In this document: in pieces, positions 38,201 to 51,755 of the stretch
How positions within the stretch are numbered: the first letter of the stretch is position 1
Layout of the letters: every line of letters begins with the position of its first letter
Assembly: GCA_965178125.1 (NCBI GenBank)
Contig: OZ237746.1
Coordinates: 434,001 to 498,000 of the forward strand
Length of the DNA: 64,000 bases
Source of the DNA: Bilabrum cf. latius
Lineage: Eukaryota
Direction of reading: 5' to 3'
Notes under the pieces: generated by a model
Databases searched by the model: none
Seen by the model: only the letters and a program-made list of their open reading frames with translations
Told to the model about the DNA's origin: nothing
Program-made: the position numbers and the translations under genes

Positions 38201-41200
38201 GCCAATCCAGTGGGCGAACTGGAGCGGAGCTGGTAGTGTTTGACACCGTCTCGAAGCATGCATTAGGTGCCGAGCAGAAGGGCGTATTCGGTACAGCACA
38301 GCGCGAGGATGGTACGCTGGACGCGGAGGTGGACGAGGTTGAAGACGATAGTCGCGTGGATCAGGGACCCACGAAGCATCTGCTAGACGCTTCATGGAAT
38401 AGCTTCGCGCCGACCGGCCGTGCAAGCCCCGCTGGCGCCTGGCGTTGTGTTCTAGATGACGATTTCTACAGCGCACCGCCGTCGACCAAATCTGATGATG
38501 CTACTGGGGAGGACGAGGAACGTCCTGGCCCCGGCTATCCGCCTAGCTTTGACCAGCTCGCCAGCCCGCTGCTGGCTCCTGGCGCCCAGACCATGCTGGC
38601 TCAGACCGGTCTGTCGGCTGACGGCGCAGCTGCGAAAGGCAACCAGACTGGTGGCACTAGCGGTAGCGGTGGCCCGCCGACCCCTTTGGAATGGCCTTCC
38701 AAAGAAGACTGGCTGCACTGGGCATCTGTTCGGAAGCAGGCAGCATCGAGGTGCTGCATCGTCTGGACGTGCGGAGATTGCCGCAATCGAGAATGCGAGC
38801 CGTTGGCTGGTCTCTTGCGACGCGACGAGGCGCCCCCCTTGAGAATTGGCGAATCGGTGCTGCTGTACCCCCCGGCAAAGGCGCGAGAAAGCGCAATGAT
38901 CTGGGTGGACCAGGTCATCGCAGTGACATCGCCTACTAACGCAGTGTCAGGCTAGGAGGATTCTGCTGCACCCTCGCAGTCTTCACCGACAGAGCCGCAT
39001 TTCGGGTTTTTAGATGGCGTATTGCAGGGACCCAAAACAATGCAGATTGCAGCGCAGTAGTCTGCGGCTGCTCTTGTCCAGACGAGCGCATCAAGCGCAC
39101 CTCCAGTGCCGGTGCCGGCGGCCGAAGACGCAGACCGGTTCAAGGCGGAAGCGATGTGTTCCGCTGCGGCTCATTTTGTGTAGGGGATAGAACAAGGGGC
39201 ATTAGAAGTGCAACTGAGCGCCCAGGCGCACGAAGGCGCAGCTGCGGTAACATCTCCGGCCGTGCAGGCCGTTTGCCCGCTCACTCGGGAGCAGCGGGTG
39301 ATCGCTGTCCGATGGGCCGTGCAATGCGTGAGGGCCGTGGCATGGGTGCTGGGAACCTCCAGCCAGAGGAAGGGTCTATCGACAATCATACCGTATCCTA
39401 GTGGCGCCATAGCGGCGAACCAATCCACGATTGCAAGCGTGTCTTCTTCCTCCTCGTCAGCTTTAGCTGCCAACGGTGTGTCGGGCGCACAATCTCCTGC
39501 TGCTGCGGGCCACGTGCTGTCCATGGAAGTGTGGACTGGTACGCCCAGTCTCGCATTTCCCGCCATGCAGGCATGTGCGCCGGTCAATGCCCCGGCTCTC
39601 GGCACTCGACTGACCTTCACTCCTGCTTCCCTGCAGGGGTGGTCTCAGATCGAGCCTGCTGCGAGACGTATTGCCGGATCCTTCGTTCGAACTGTCCTGT
39701 CTCTGGACCACAAGTCGTCAACTGCGGCGGCGCTGTGGGCCACCAGTGCTCAAATGTCGGCTGGAGATGTGCCTGTTGATGTTGGCTCCATCCCCGCCGT
39801 TGTGGCTGGCCGACACGCTGAGCAGCTCTTTGCCGGTGGCGTGCCCTCGATGGAGACTGCCAGGCGGGCTGTCATATCCGCCTCTGTTCTCCGCCGGGCG
39901 GCTGCAGAGCAGATGGTGGGTGCGCTACGAAATGGGCAGCAGACGCGCAGGTAGTACATCGCCAGGCATGGGATCACCTTCGGGCAAGGTCACGTCGTTA
40001 ACCCTGACCTGGTGACAGTTGTGGACCAGGCGGCTGTGGCTGCGATACGGGGGGAATACCCCTTTCACAGTGACGTGCTGCAGCAAGCAGTCGCCTGGAA
40101 CGCAGATCTTGGGCATGCCACTGCACTCCAGATCGTAAGGACCCAGGCAGACCGATAGCTGGCCTCGGTTCCTACGGGACATCAGGCTGAACGGGCTTCT
40201 GGTCGCGACGATGCTTACTGGCGGGAACTGGCAGCCGCTGCGCGGAAAGCCAGGGCCAGCGCAGCAACTAGACCCCATGCCAACGCAAAGGCTGTGCGCA
40301 GCACCAACAAGCACGATATCGCGCAGGACGCGCTGAAGCTGCTGCCGTAGTTTGTCCCGGTGCCCCTGAGGCAGGTGGTGCAGGCACTCCCCGAGGGCGA
40401 CGAGATCGAGTCTCACGAGGCCCAGCCGTGGGATGCCGATTGCTCGCTAGCCGAAATGTGCGAGTCTGGGTGGCTAGCACAGCACCGGGATAATTCGCTG
40501 ACGGAGGGCCTGGACAAAGCCATTCCAATCACGGCATCCGGGCGGCTGGTGCAGAAAGGTCTCGGGGTGGCACAGCTGCCGAATCTTCTGCCTCCTGCAA
40601 GCCGTGCGGAGGAGACCGCGCTGGTGAACTGGTACTGCAACGTTATGGCGCAGCGGATGGGTTATGCCAAATCCATGCAACGGCCACCCCATGACGGATC
40701 CGATTCGCAGGCCGCCGTTGATGCTGCTGGACGAGACAACGACACCGGGTCACGTCAGGCCTCCCTGGTACTGCGGGGAGACCCCTGGCAGCACCCGCCG
40801 AAATACGTGCTAGAGAAAGCAATCCGCTGGCTGGGAAGAGCCAGCGATCTGGATGGATCTGACTCGAATGAGAGCGCAGTTTCGGCCAGTTTCACCGTAC
40901 GCATCGATAGCGATCGCGCTGCTGCTGTCGCGCATCACCTGGAGCGACGGATGGACAGCGCATGGCAAACACGAGGGGAGGAAGCCGACTCTGGAGCGGC
41001 ACAGTCAACCGGGTCCTCTGCGGGAATTGCGGGCTGCAGACTGCCTTCGGCTTGGGTGGGCGACATGGGGCCGCCACAGGCGCAGGCAGCCGACACGTCG
41101 GCCAGTGCGGCAGGGAGCAGGCCAAGGTCGGAGCGAGGGGGGAGGAAACGGGGCGCGGGGGCGTCAGCCAGCGCGTCTGTAAGTGGTCACAAGACTGATG

Positions 41201-43644
41201 ATACGGCTAGCTTATCCACCCTGATCCGCAGCGTGGCCCGCGCTGAATCCCAAGCGGAGGATGAGGTGGAGGTGGATCCTCGGTCGCAGTTTGAGACGTC
41301 TGCTTCGGACGCTGTTGTCAAGCTGCCAATGCTAGAAGACTTTGATTTTGGCTTGGGTGACGATTCAAGCGCTGCCACCGGCCATTCGGGTGACAACGGC
41401 GCGTGGTCCTCGGCGTCCGGCACGGGCGAGTCGCCGTCTTCAGCACCAGTGAGCCATGCAATGAGCGATGATGCCGAGGCAGAATCCCCATATGCAGGCA
41501 TCATGGGCGGTGCAGCAGCTGCGCTTGATGCAGCAGGCAGTGCAGAATTTGCAGCGGAGCCAGAGCTGCTGGCGAGCCGCGAATCGTGGGTGCGGACAGG
41601 CAACACCACGGTTGTCAACACCGGCGTCCCTACCCTGGCCCTCGTATCCCCGAGGCAAAACTTCACAGAGCGTAAGGACAGGTTCGCGTTCGTGCCTGAC
41701 GGATACCTCGCATTCGCCATATTTTGGTCGCATTTAGACGGTGGCAGGCGGGGACTGTACAGGATGACTGTGCGCACTGAGGCGGTGGGACACGCACGAG
41801 GTGCAGTGACCCCACGACGGGCAATCTTTGCCATAGACAGCGAATCCAGAGATGAATCCGACCACCCTATGATCAGCGTGCAGGCAGGCTGTCCCATAGG
41901 GGCGACCACGGAGCTTGTCCTCGCCCTGCGCCGCCTGAGCACAAAGCAGAGCGCAGTGCTGGGCGTGCCGCCACCGCCGTTGCCGTGGATGGCAGATGCA
42001 TCACTGCTTGCTATTGGCACGTATTTGGAGCCGATCTTGCTTCAAAATGCGCTGACGGATGACCCGGACAGCGGCAATGGCAAGTCGCCGCGCAGCCGCA
42101 GCCCAAGCAAGCGGCAGCGCAGCCCGAGCAAGCGTGCAGCGAGGCACGGAGGCGACGCGTCGCGGTCCTCGGAGTAGGGCTCCAATCCAGTCTTGGCTGC
42201 CGGGCTCTGGAACTTGGGGCAGGTGTCGGGCACGCTCCGGGCCACTGCGTGCCGGCTCCACCGGATGGCTGATGCTTCTGACTCCGAATGGTTCGCAGGG
42301 TTTGACCTGATGGGCCTTCTTCGCTCTGCCGCCCTTGCAGATTTCCGCAGGCACGCCAGATACATCATGGGTGCGCCGCAGGAGCAGGGACAGGAGGTGG
42401 CGGAACGGCCACCCCCCTGGAAGGTGGTCACAGCAGACGATGCGCATGCGGTAGGGCTCGACCACCTCGCCGCCGAGATCCGCATCTGTGAAGCCGGCCG
42501 TCTCGCCGCCACCATACCCTCCAGCAGAGGCACGAAGAAGAAGCGCAGACGATCGACAAAGCAGGAGGAAGTATCCAGCAGAACCAAGGCAGATCTCATT
42601 TCAAAGATTAGGGACATGAAGCGGGACTCTGCCATTCAAACGCTGTAGGACTTGGCAAGTGGAACGGGTGCATTCGCAAGGAGTGCTGCTTCAGGCCCGG
42701 CATCAGGCGCAGGAGCTTCGTTTTCATCGTCGGCCACATCCAAAAACGGACCGGCCACATCGCTGCAATTGTCCTCGTCGTCCTCAGCAGCGAGTGCATC
42801 TGCTGGCGAGCCTCCCACCCCTGGTGACGCCGGCCTGAAGCGCAAGGCCAACTCCCACACCGTCCGCGCCCTCTACCTCAAGATGCTGGCCGAGCCACTT
42901 GAGGACAGAGTCAGGGCGCTCAGATCTGCCATTCATGGGTACGGGCTCTTCGCAGCGCGCGACCTCCGGAAGGGCGAGTTTGTGTGCGAGTATACCGGCG
43001 AAGTGCTCCGCCAACCCCTTGCAGACGTGCGAGAGAGGCTGTACGAGCGTGCTTCACTGGGGGGAGACTGCTACCTGTTCCGTCTGGATGACGACTACAT
43101 CGTGGATGCAACCATGAGAGGCAGCGTGGCGCGGTTTATTAACCACAGCGGTGACCCGAACTGCGATAGCAGGATCGTGCAGCTGCCCACCCAGGTCCCG
43201 GTCTCTCTGTAGGGCGTGCTGCAAGTGCCGATCCGGGGGCCGGGAGCACAGGGACTGGCTGATGCTGGCGTGGGGGTTCTTGCGAAAGAGAGGGTTTCTC
43301 AGGATGAAGCTCTGCTGGGCAGTGCTGTCGATGTGAGCCGCGGGCGCGGGAAATCTGGGGGAGTGTCACCATCTTCGGAAGCGGCGGGAGGTGTGGTGGA
43401 GGGTGGCACAGCTGGTGCGTTGGGCAGCGCATTCGGCCCCGGGGACTCTGGCGGCGCGTTTCAGAGCAAAAAGATCGTGATCGTGGCGCTAAGGGACATC
43501 AAGAGGGGTGAGGAAGTAACGTACGATTACAAATTTCCGTTCTTTTTCACGAGGCAGGCCCAAGAGGCCGTGGCTGCGGTGGAGCAGGAAGTGGCAGAAA
43601 GGGCCATTGAGCGAAAGTTGCTGATTGATGAGGGGTGCACTTGA
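29281..43644 (+). CDS. Trithorax/MLL/SET1-like histone H3K4 methyltransferase (~4,760 aa, TAG=Gln; intron 29377-29466)
   Basis: A single frame over 29467-43644 with about 38 TAG and no TAA/TGA. PWWP-like LVWGREPNVPWHPC; PHD-like FCPL...MIQCDTCDSW...FVCSPC; bromodomain APGYLRVVRRPMDLSTI...NAMVFN; second PHD CARCGS...CAQCGQSAHLAC; FYR-like VPDGY..IFWS; SET SAIHGYGLFA / YLFRLDDDYIVDAT / RFINHS / EEVTYDYKF. Confidence 0.85.
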
Positions 43645-43804
43645 CTGATCGATCTAGGTATTTGCGAGTGGCTTTTTCCTGCCGGAAGATGCCGCTTGGA
43701 TGCTCCTGCTGCTTGTTGCCGATTTTAGGTAAGGTGCACAAAACGGTATCTGTGGTCCATGTGCAACCCTCGGCAGCTTCGCATATCTCGACGTTCAAGC
43801 AGCA

Positions 43805-45110
43805 ATGGCGGCCGTTGCAGGAGGAGGTTCTAAATCTACTGGTGTTGCTACGAGTGATAAGGAAATTGGCGAGGTTCCGAAGGAGATTCTCGATATGACA
43901 AGGTGGGCACTCCCGAATTGTTGTGCCTCCAGGTGCATTTGTATTGTCCTGATTTGTCCAAGCCGTTCCAGGCACCGTGCGCCTCGCACTTTCGAGAATA
44001 AAACTACTTCTGTATGCACACTCGCAGCGCATCATACTACCAAGACAGCTACTCGCACTTCGGGTGAGTTGAAGAAGAGACGAAAGTGCAAGTACCGCCT
44101 CGGCGCACCAATGGACGGGCGCACGATACTTCTGGTTCCGTTTTTATCTTAAAACCTATTTCAAGTGCAGTATTCACGAGGAGATGCTTAAGGATGAAGT
44201 CCGCACCAGAAGCTACATGGATTCGATCGTTAAGAACAAGCACTTGTTCAAAGATAAGATTGTCCTCGACGTAGGCTGCGGCACCGGCATTTTGAGCATG
44301 TTTTGCGCTAAGGCAGGCGCCAAAAAAGTGATTGGAGTGGACTTCAGTGCCATCATTGAGCAGGCCCGCGAGATCGTGAAGATCAACGGGCTCTCGGACG
44401 TAGTCACCCTTGTGCGCGGCAAGGTCGAGGAGATCGAGCTGCCCGACGGTATCGAAAAGGTTGATATTATTGTTAGCGAATGGATGGGCTACTGCCTGCT
44501 CTACGAATCCATGCTCGACACGGTGCTTGTGGCGAGAGACAAGTGGCTGGCAGAGGACGGGATGCTCTTCCCCGACAAGGCCACCATGCACGTAGAGGCA
44601 ATCGAGGACGCCGAGTACATGGCGGAGAAAATCGATTTCTGGAACTCGGTGTACGGCTTTGACATGTCACCGATCAGGAAGCTGGCCATGCTGGAGCCCC
44701 TGGTGGACACTGTGGACGAGGGCCAGGTCATCTCGGACACGTGCGACATCCTCGAGCTCGACATCGCCAAGGTGAAGAAGGAGGACCTGGCCTTCAAGGT
44801 GCCTTTCGAGGTGACCTTCAAGAGAGATGACTACTGCCACGCTGTGGTGTGCCACTTTGACATCGTGTTCGGGCACTGCCACAAGCCCGTTGTGTTCTCC
44901 ACCGGTCCCCACGCCGAGTACACACACTGGAAGCAGACGGTGTTCTACCTCAAGAAGAGCCTGGTGGTCAAGGCGGGGGAGAAGCTCAGGGGAACCTTCG
45001 ATTGCAGACCCAACGACAAGAACCACCGCGATCTTGACGTGACGATGACGTACGAGTTCAAGGGCGAGCTGGGAGAGGCCAGCTTCGAGCAGGAGTACCG
45101 CCTGCGTTGA
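43805..45110 (+). CDS. PRMT1: Protein arginine N-methyltransferase 1 (~357 aa; exons 43805-43902, 44028-44063, 44171-45110)
   Basis: The spliced N-terminus [23 protein letters not shown] restores the PRMT1 motif. Also VLDVGCGTGILS, SEWMGYCLLYESML and THWKQTVFYL; ends YRLR-TGA. Two phase-consistent GT-AG introns. Confidence 0.95.
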
Positions 45111-45439
45111 AGGTGTCTTACAGTTGCCAAACATTATTTTTCCGGTTGCGTGCTGCAGCCAAACTCATTTCAAATTGATGCATTGAATTTCGAGAGTGAG
45201 AAGCAAGATTGTGCCAGTGGTCGGCATTGCGGCGCGTGTCGTCGCAACTTGATGAATGCCGGCAAGCTCTTCGTCGGCAACACCAGCAGCATTCGCACAA
45301 CTTCGACAAATAGCACGAAAGGCGTTTCTTCAAAAGCACCAATTGCTCGTATCGTATCGTGCTCTGGCTGACACCTCGAGTGCACAGATCGAATTTTCGT
45401 GACTGCTCGAGTTCCTGAACGTAGTGCTTCAGGCTCTCC

Positions 45440-48400
45440 ATGGACGCTATACCTGTGGTTCAACGTCCAAGCGCACCTGCAATAGATCATGCCATCTCTG
45501 TTGATGAAATGGTTCGGGAGGCAACTTGCACGAATGGTGTCGTCGTGGTTTGTGGGGCGGTCGCTGTCATCGCGGTGCTTTCGACTGCCACCACGATAAT
45601 CACGAATAGGAGGTACGATGATAACATCATTCGAGGGGCTGACCGCGCATACTCTGTAGATTATATGATGCCTTATTTCGTAGGGCTCAATGATACGACA
45701 GAGTCGCCTCATGCGACCGAGGGCAGCCACGCATTCGGCCTGTTGGCATCGCAGTTTGCCATCGGCATTATTTCCACGGCAATTATGGCAAGCAGTCTCA
45801 CAGCATGTGTCATTTTTATTGCATTAGTAGCAGGAGAGTGCTCTAAAGACAGCCATGTGGGCTCTAAAGGCCGCCATGTGGCTGGCTGGAGGCCGTGCGA
45901 CCTGTCTGCCTGGAACCGTCACTCCATCGTCACTGTCCTCCTCGCACTGCTATCCGTCGCTATCACATGCGAGGCGTACTACCAGTACATTCCAGCTGAG
46001 GACCAGCCGGGCATCTTCGGCACTGGTCCCATCCCAGTGTCCGGCATGCACATCACCAACATCATTCCGTTCATCTGGAAGGTTGCGGCTGCCGCCATCT
46101 CCCCGGTTGGTGTGACGATTGGGCTCTCGATCTCGCTGGAGGACACGGACCAGATGCCATTGGAGGCGTTCTTGACGACGTGTGTGGTCGTCGCCCTCGC
46201 AACTGTCATTGCTGTCATCATCGGGGCCACCACGGCGGAAGATCCCAAGGTCGAGTATGGCCTTAAGCGCAGCAGGGTCTTCTGGATCGTCGTGTCGGTG
46301 CTGGGTGTCGGCCTATGCGCTGCGCTGACCAACGCTGCAATCTCCATCAGCAAGCTGGGACTGGCGTAGGGCACGGCATCTCTGGGCCTCTCCGCACTCA
46401 GCGACATCGGCCGGCTGGGGACAGGTGCGAGCAGCACCAGGTACGGCAGCAGCGGAGGGCTCCGGCTCCGGCTCAACAGCAGCGCTGCCACTGCCAGTGG
46501 AAGCACTGACTGGCTCTCTGGTGACAACGATAGCGTTGCACTTCTTAGTAGCGGTCTGGACGTATCTTCACAAATGTTAGGTACGAATGGCAGGCCACTT
46601 GCGAGCCTTGCTTTGCTGCGTCTGGCGAGCCTCACAGAGTAGTTGCGGCCCACTGGCATTCGCTCGTACGACCCCTTAGCAATCCTGCAACACCACGCGG
46701 ATCGTTTGGAGGCTGAGCAGGGACTCAATGCGCGCTAGGCCCTATATGCTCTATCGCCGCTGGCCAACGGAGTGGCGCTGACGGAGGACAACAACTGGTG
46801 CCTTTACTACGCTGCACAGATGGACACGCAAGCAGCGCTAGCCATGCGGAGCCACCTTCAGTCCAACGGATCTCTCCCAGTCAACCTGATGACCAGCCAA
46901 GGAAGAGAACTAACTCCAAGTGCATCCGGTTCATCGCAGCAAGTGGAGGTCCTGCGAGCGCTGCGGAATGCCAGTGTCAGCGCCAGTGACGCAAGCATGC
47001 GTCAGGCGTTCTACGGCGACATGCCCGCCCCGACCACGCACGTGTTCTGGGCGATCGCGTCGCTTCCGCTCGGAATGATGCTTCAGGTGAACCTCGCCGT
47101 GTTTGTTGTGCTGGTGCTGCTTACACCAAGTACGGGCATGGATGAAACTATCAAAACGTCCAGCAATGAGTTCCGGGCGTGGCTGCTCGAACGCACCAGA
47201 ACTCGATCCAAGCGGCATCTCGGGCGCGCGCGCACAGCGGAGCCATTGGCAGGCAATTGCGTGACGTGCGGAATGGCAGATGATAACTGTGTCGAGTTCA
47301 AGCACTGGCTGTGTTCTACATCAGCATGTTGTTGGATCTGCTAGTGTCAGTGCTGGAGCGGCTGCTCGGCGTGTAGTCCTTCGTCGGCACGGTCTAAGAA
47401 CCTGATAATGCGTTTGGAGCGAAAGCAGATGCGAAGGCGCTCAACATCTGGATCTTCACAGAAGCACAGCAGATCACTGCCTTCTCAAAACGGTGCTGCT
47501 GTCATTGATGCACCTGCCCTGTTGAGAACTGCCGCTTTTCATGAAGTATCATCCGTTGCAGCGAGCGCCGTAGGTTGTTGCCCGCGAGGCCACGGCTAGT
47601 CAAAAGCTGGAGCATTCGACGGCGCGTTTCCTTGCTGTGGCACGCAATAGGGAGAATCCAGTGATTGGTAGCGCAATCAACACGCAGCCGCATCTGCCCT
47701 GGTGCAGGCCAGTATGCGTCGTGCTGCCACAGTCGCCATGTATTTGAAAGGGCTGGCCGTACTAATATTCTTTGAGATGCTGGCTGGTGGACGGATCAAA
47801 TCGAGGGTTAGGATGGAGCCACCAAGACTGTGTGCTTGCGCCTACAGCCGTATCGCTGGCATGGATGGGCTCTGGGATCAGTGCACGGAGGAGCAGCAGT
47901 CTGCTAGCATTGATGATCTCTTGGGCTCGTTTGCGATGGGAGCGATTTCGACAGGGATCACCCGTCACTTGTCTACCCGAATCATATTTGTCGTGCTTCG
48001 TATCATGCTCGTGTATTGTGTGTTCGTGTATGCCCGCTAGATGCGGGATCTAGAGCGGGCCGTGGACATGTCTGAGATGTAGAAAGCCGCGCTGCAGTCG
48101 AGGGTGCGGTTCCTGTCGCACGAGTGCAGGGTGCCTCTGAACTCGGTGGTACTGGGTCTGGATTTCTGCCAGGAGGGAGCCAAGGCGGCTCGACAAGCAT
48201 TGGAGGCGATGCATCGGACGGGCGCGTCCCCAAACTCTGGCAGTCCTGGCTCGCTGGATTAGGACGGTGGAGACAGCAGCGCACTCAAGAAGCGACGGTA
48301 GTCTGTGCCTCGCCGATAGGCCTCCTTTCAGGTAACTTCACGTTCCAAACGACGAGGGTCGTTCGTTGAAATGCAGAGGTGTGGCAGTGAGAAAAACATC

Positions 48401-51241
48401 GTGGACGGAAAGACAAAAGCGATCTTGTCTAGTACATCTCGAGAGAGCTTACCGCTCGAACGTCGGAGACGGTAGTCTGGAATTGGCAGTACTGTGTGCA
48501 GCTTGAAAGCAATGAAGCTGCTGCAGGAGGCTGTGGGTCTCTTCGACGACACGCTGCCCTCGCTCGAGGCAGCCACAGAGGCAATGCAGACCACCTTCAA
48601 CGACGTGCTCGACCTGCAGCACATCGAGACCGGTAGTCTGAAGATCCGCAAGAAGGCCACGAGGCTGCTGCCTTCCTGCCTGCTAGATACACGTAAGACC
48701 TTTGAGGCCCAGGCAGAGCGCAACCACACGGGGCTAGTCCTGGCTGACTTGCATCCAGCCAGCGGCATGCCGATGGAGTGTGACCCAGTGCGGGTGAGAG
48801 GAGCTCTTGGAAACTTCGTGTCGAATGCACTGAGGTGGACCGATGCGGACACTAGCGATACGAACAACGAAGGTGGCGGCTCAGTGGTGATCGGCAGCTC
48901 AGTGGTGCCTCCGCACCTGTGGGACGAAACAGACTGGCAAAAGGCTGTGTCCACTGTTGGCAAAAAGCTTTGCAGCCGCATGCAGGCAATCTTAGTGACA
49001 GACAGGACACATTCCATGGCAGATGCACCGCAGGATAGCCACACGCAAGCTGGATCGAAAAATGGAGATGGCTGCCAATCCAGTGGTCGCAGTCTCCCAG
49101 ATGACTCCGACAGCAGCGGCGACAACGCGAGCAGCAGTGGTCAGAGCAGCTGGACCGGGACTACGTCTTCGCAGGGCAAATGTGTGAAAGCTTCGCGTGT
49201 CATGCCTCTGCCGTCCGCGCCCATTAGCTTCGGCGCACTGTCTACGCGTAGGCTGCGAGCGTCTGGTGATTCCAGCGGAGCAGGGTCAACCGATGTTGAT
49301 ACCTCCATTGCAGATCCACGCTGTACGCGTCGCAGCACGTCTCACCAGGACCCGCCTCCGCAGTCGGACTCCATAGATCTCCCAGCCGCCCACTGCATCC
49401 GCTTGGGTACTTCTCCCCCGTCGCTTGGTAGTCCAGGCACACCACACAAGGGTCGACAGTGCGATGTGACTGACACGTGCTCTGTCGCGCAGATCGCCCC
49501 AGACACTGTCAGCAACTATGATGACATGGTCGAGATGTACGAGGCGTAGAATCAGTCAGGTTCCACTGTATATGGTGACTCAGGTGCCCTGGATTCAGGT
49601 GTCAGACATAGCACCGCGATAAAGCCCAGTTCTCAGGCAAGGACAAGCGCGAATGTAGGCGCTAATCATCCCTTGAAAAAGCACGACAGCGATCCGTTCA
49701 GCGGTGCAGGCACCTGCACCGAGAGGCCTGAGATTCAGCTCGTCTCTGCCGATGCGCCCGGCGGGGACGACGACCGCCGGCCCTCCGCTCCATCTGGCTC
49801 TGACACAAATGATGTAGCGGCTCCTGTTGCTGAGCTCTCCCAAAGTGGCACTGGTAGAACCGCGAAGAGCGGGAGCCGTAGTGGATCTGGTTCTGTAGCT
49901 GCTACAGATATGCCAGTGTGCCTGTGGGTGTTCGACCAGGGCCCCGGCATCGACCGGTCTGCCTGGGGCCAGGTCTTCACGTCCTTCGAGACGCTGCACT
50001 CGGGCATCCTCACGGCGGAGGGGCAGGGGTCCGGGCTGGGGCTGGCCATCACTGCGACCGTGATGAAGATGCACGGGGGCTGTGTGGGCTTCAGCTCCAT
50101 GCCTGGTGTGGGCAGCGTTTTCTTCCTGTGGACAACCATGGACGTGATCAGCGGCACCCATTATCGCAGCCAAGGGAGTGCGTCGAGCCAGACGAGTCGA
50201 ATCAGTGGTCGAGGTGGAGGGGACGGGCAGATTCCCCAGGAGCTGCTAGAGCCGAGCCAAGCTGAGCCCAATCACGACGATCATCATCATCGTGCCCTTG
50301 GCAGCTTCTTGGACGACAACGCTACCGTGTCGAGTTGCGCCGGGGGTAACGTTCTCAATCGTGAGTTGGCGAGGCCAGATTCGTCTGGCTCGCTGCTAGA
50401 GGCGGCTGGCGGCCTAGCTGCTGGCCGAGGCAAGGAACGTACAGGTGACGTGAAGCTGTTGGGAGCAGGTACTGACAAACCAGAAAGTCTTGCTGGCAAT
50501 TTAGAACCTAGACTTGCTGCTGAGCCCGATGTGAGCACATTTGCTGGGATAGGTGCTCTGTGTGCTGCCGAGCCCTAGGTTGAAAGCTTGAGCAAGCGGT
50601 CTTTTCGCAAGCCAGAACGTGGCGCTGTTTTCAGAGCAGATGTACCGGAGTATCCGGCCAGTGCAGGAGTGGCGCAGGCAACAAGCATGGGCTCTAGCTC
50701 CGGACCGAAACAGGCATCCAAAAAGCGTAGAGTGGTGCGGAGGAAAGCCAAGAACAATCAGTTAACTGCGCCTAGCACAGCAACATCAGCCCAAGCTCGA
50801 CCGAGATAGATGGTTGTCCTTGTAGTGGACGACAGCCGCACCAACAGGCTCTTCCTATCACGCATGGTGCGATCTGCCGATCGATCCATTCAGGTGCTGC
50901 AGGCTAGCGATGGGCAGGAGGGGCTGGATGTGCTCAAGCAGAGAGCCCAGCAGATGGGAGATCAGGCCCACGGTCTTGCTGCCGACCTGGTGCTGCTGGA
51001 CTTCTCCATGCCTCGCATGTCCGGGCCCGAGATGGCGCGGGCCATGCGGGAGGACAGCGACAGCCGTATCAGCGGGGTGCCGATCGTGGGTGTGACGGGC
51101 AACGCGCTGCCCGAGGACCAGGCGTTGTTCCGGAGGTGCGGGGCGCAGGACGTGCTGCTGAAGCCGGTGCGGCGGGCACAGGTGGGTGAGGCGCTGGAGC
51201 GAGTGGAAAGGCTGCAGCGGGCACTTCGTGCATTGCGATGA
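45440..51241 (+). CDS. Multi-transmembrane hybrid sensor histidine kinase HK2 (~1,930 aa, TAG=Gln)
   Basis: Paralog of HK1. ORFs 45440, 46772, 47408, 47702, 48494, 49673 and 50810 share one frame with TAG-only breaks. Same H/N/G1/G2 boxes and receiver; ends at TGA 51239-51241. Confidence 0.88.
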
Positions 51242-51755
51242 GTAATGAGATCCCTAGATTCCGAATTTCGGATTCCCGATGCTTGGACTGAATGCAATTT
51301 AAGCGCTAAGGACTAGCGTAACGAAATCCAAAATATGGATGCATTAGCATGTTGGCCCTAGTAGCAAGCAATTCATGGTCGATCCGAATTTCGGGGAGAT
51401 TCCGAACTGGATCTATAGGGTCCCAAAGGACTGCCAGACGAACTGATGCTTTAAACGTTGTCCGTTTGGATCAGAAAGCACTGCAGCACCGAGTCGTGCC
51501 AACGATGCAACCTCGTCAGTGTGTACCCGTGAAGCAAAATCCAGCAGCCGTGTAGCAACATTCAGCATCCATGAAGCAAAACTAACCCACACAGTGGGCA
51601 GCTCAAGTCATGCAGTCGCGCTCATAAGAGTCTTGAACCCGAGGCGCTTGTACCTCGCAGGTACTGGCCTAGAGTGTCTCTCACGAAAATCGTACCCTGC
51701 ATGCCATTGAAGAGAATGGACGCGATACCACTCTGTCCAAGGTAGATGATCACAT

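Noticed and set aside
51248-51425. Imperfect palindromes (gattccgaatttcggattc, gatccgaatttcgg) downstream of HK2
   Set aside because: Short and imperfect with no TSD; too weak to call as a terminator or element.
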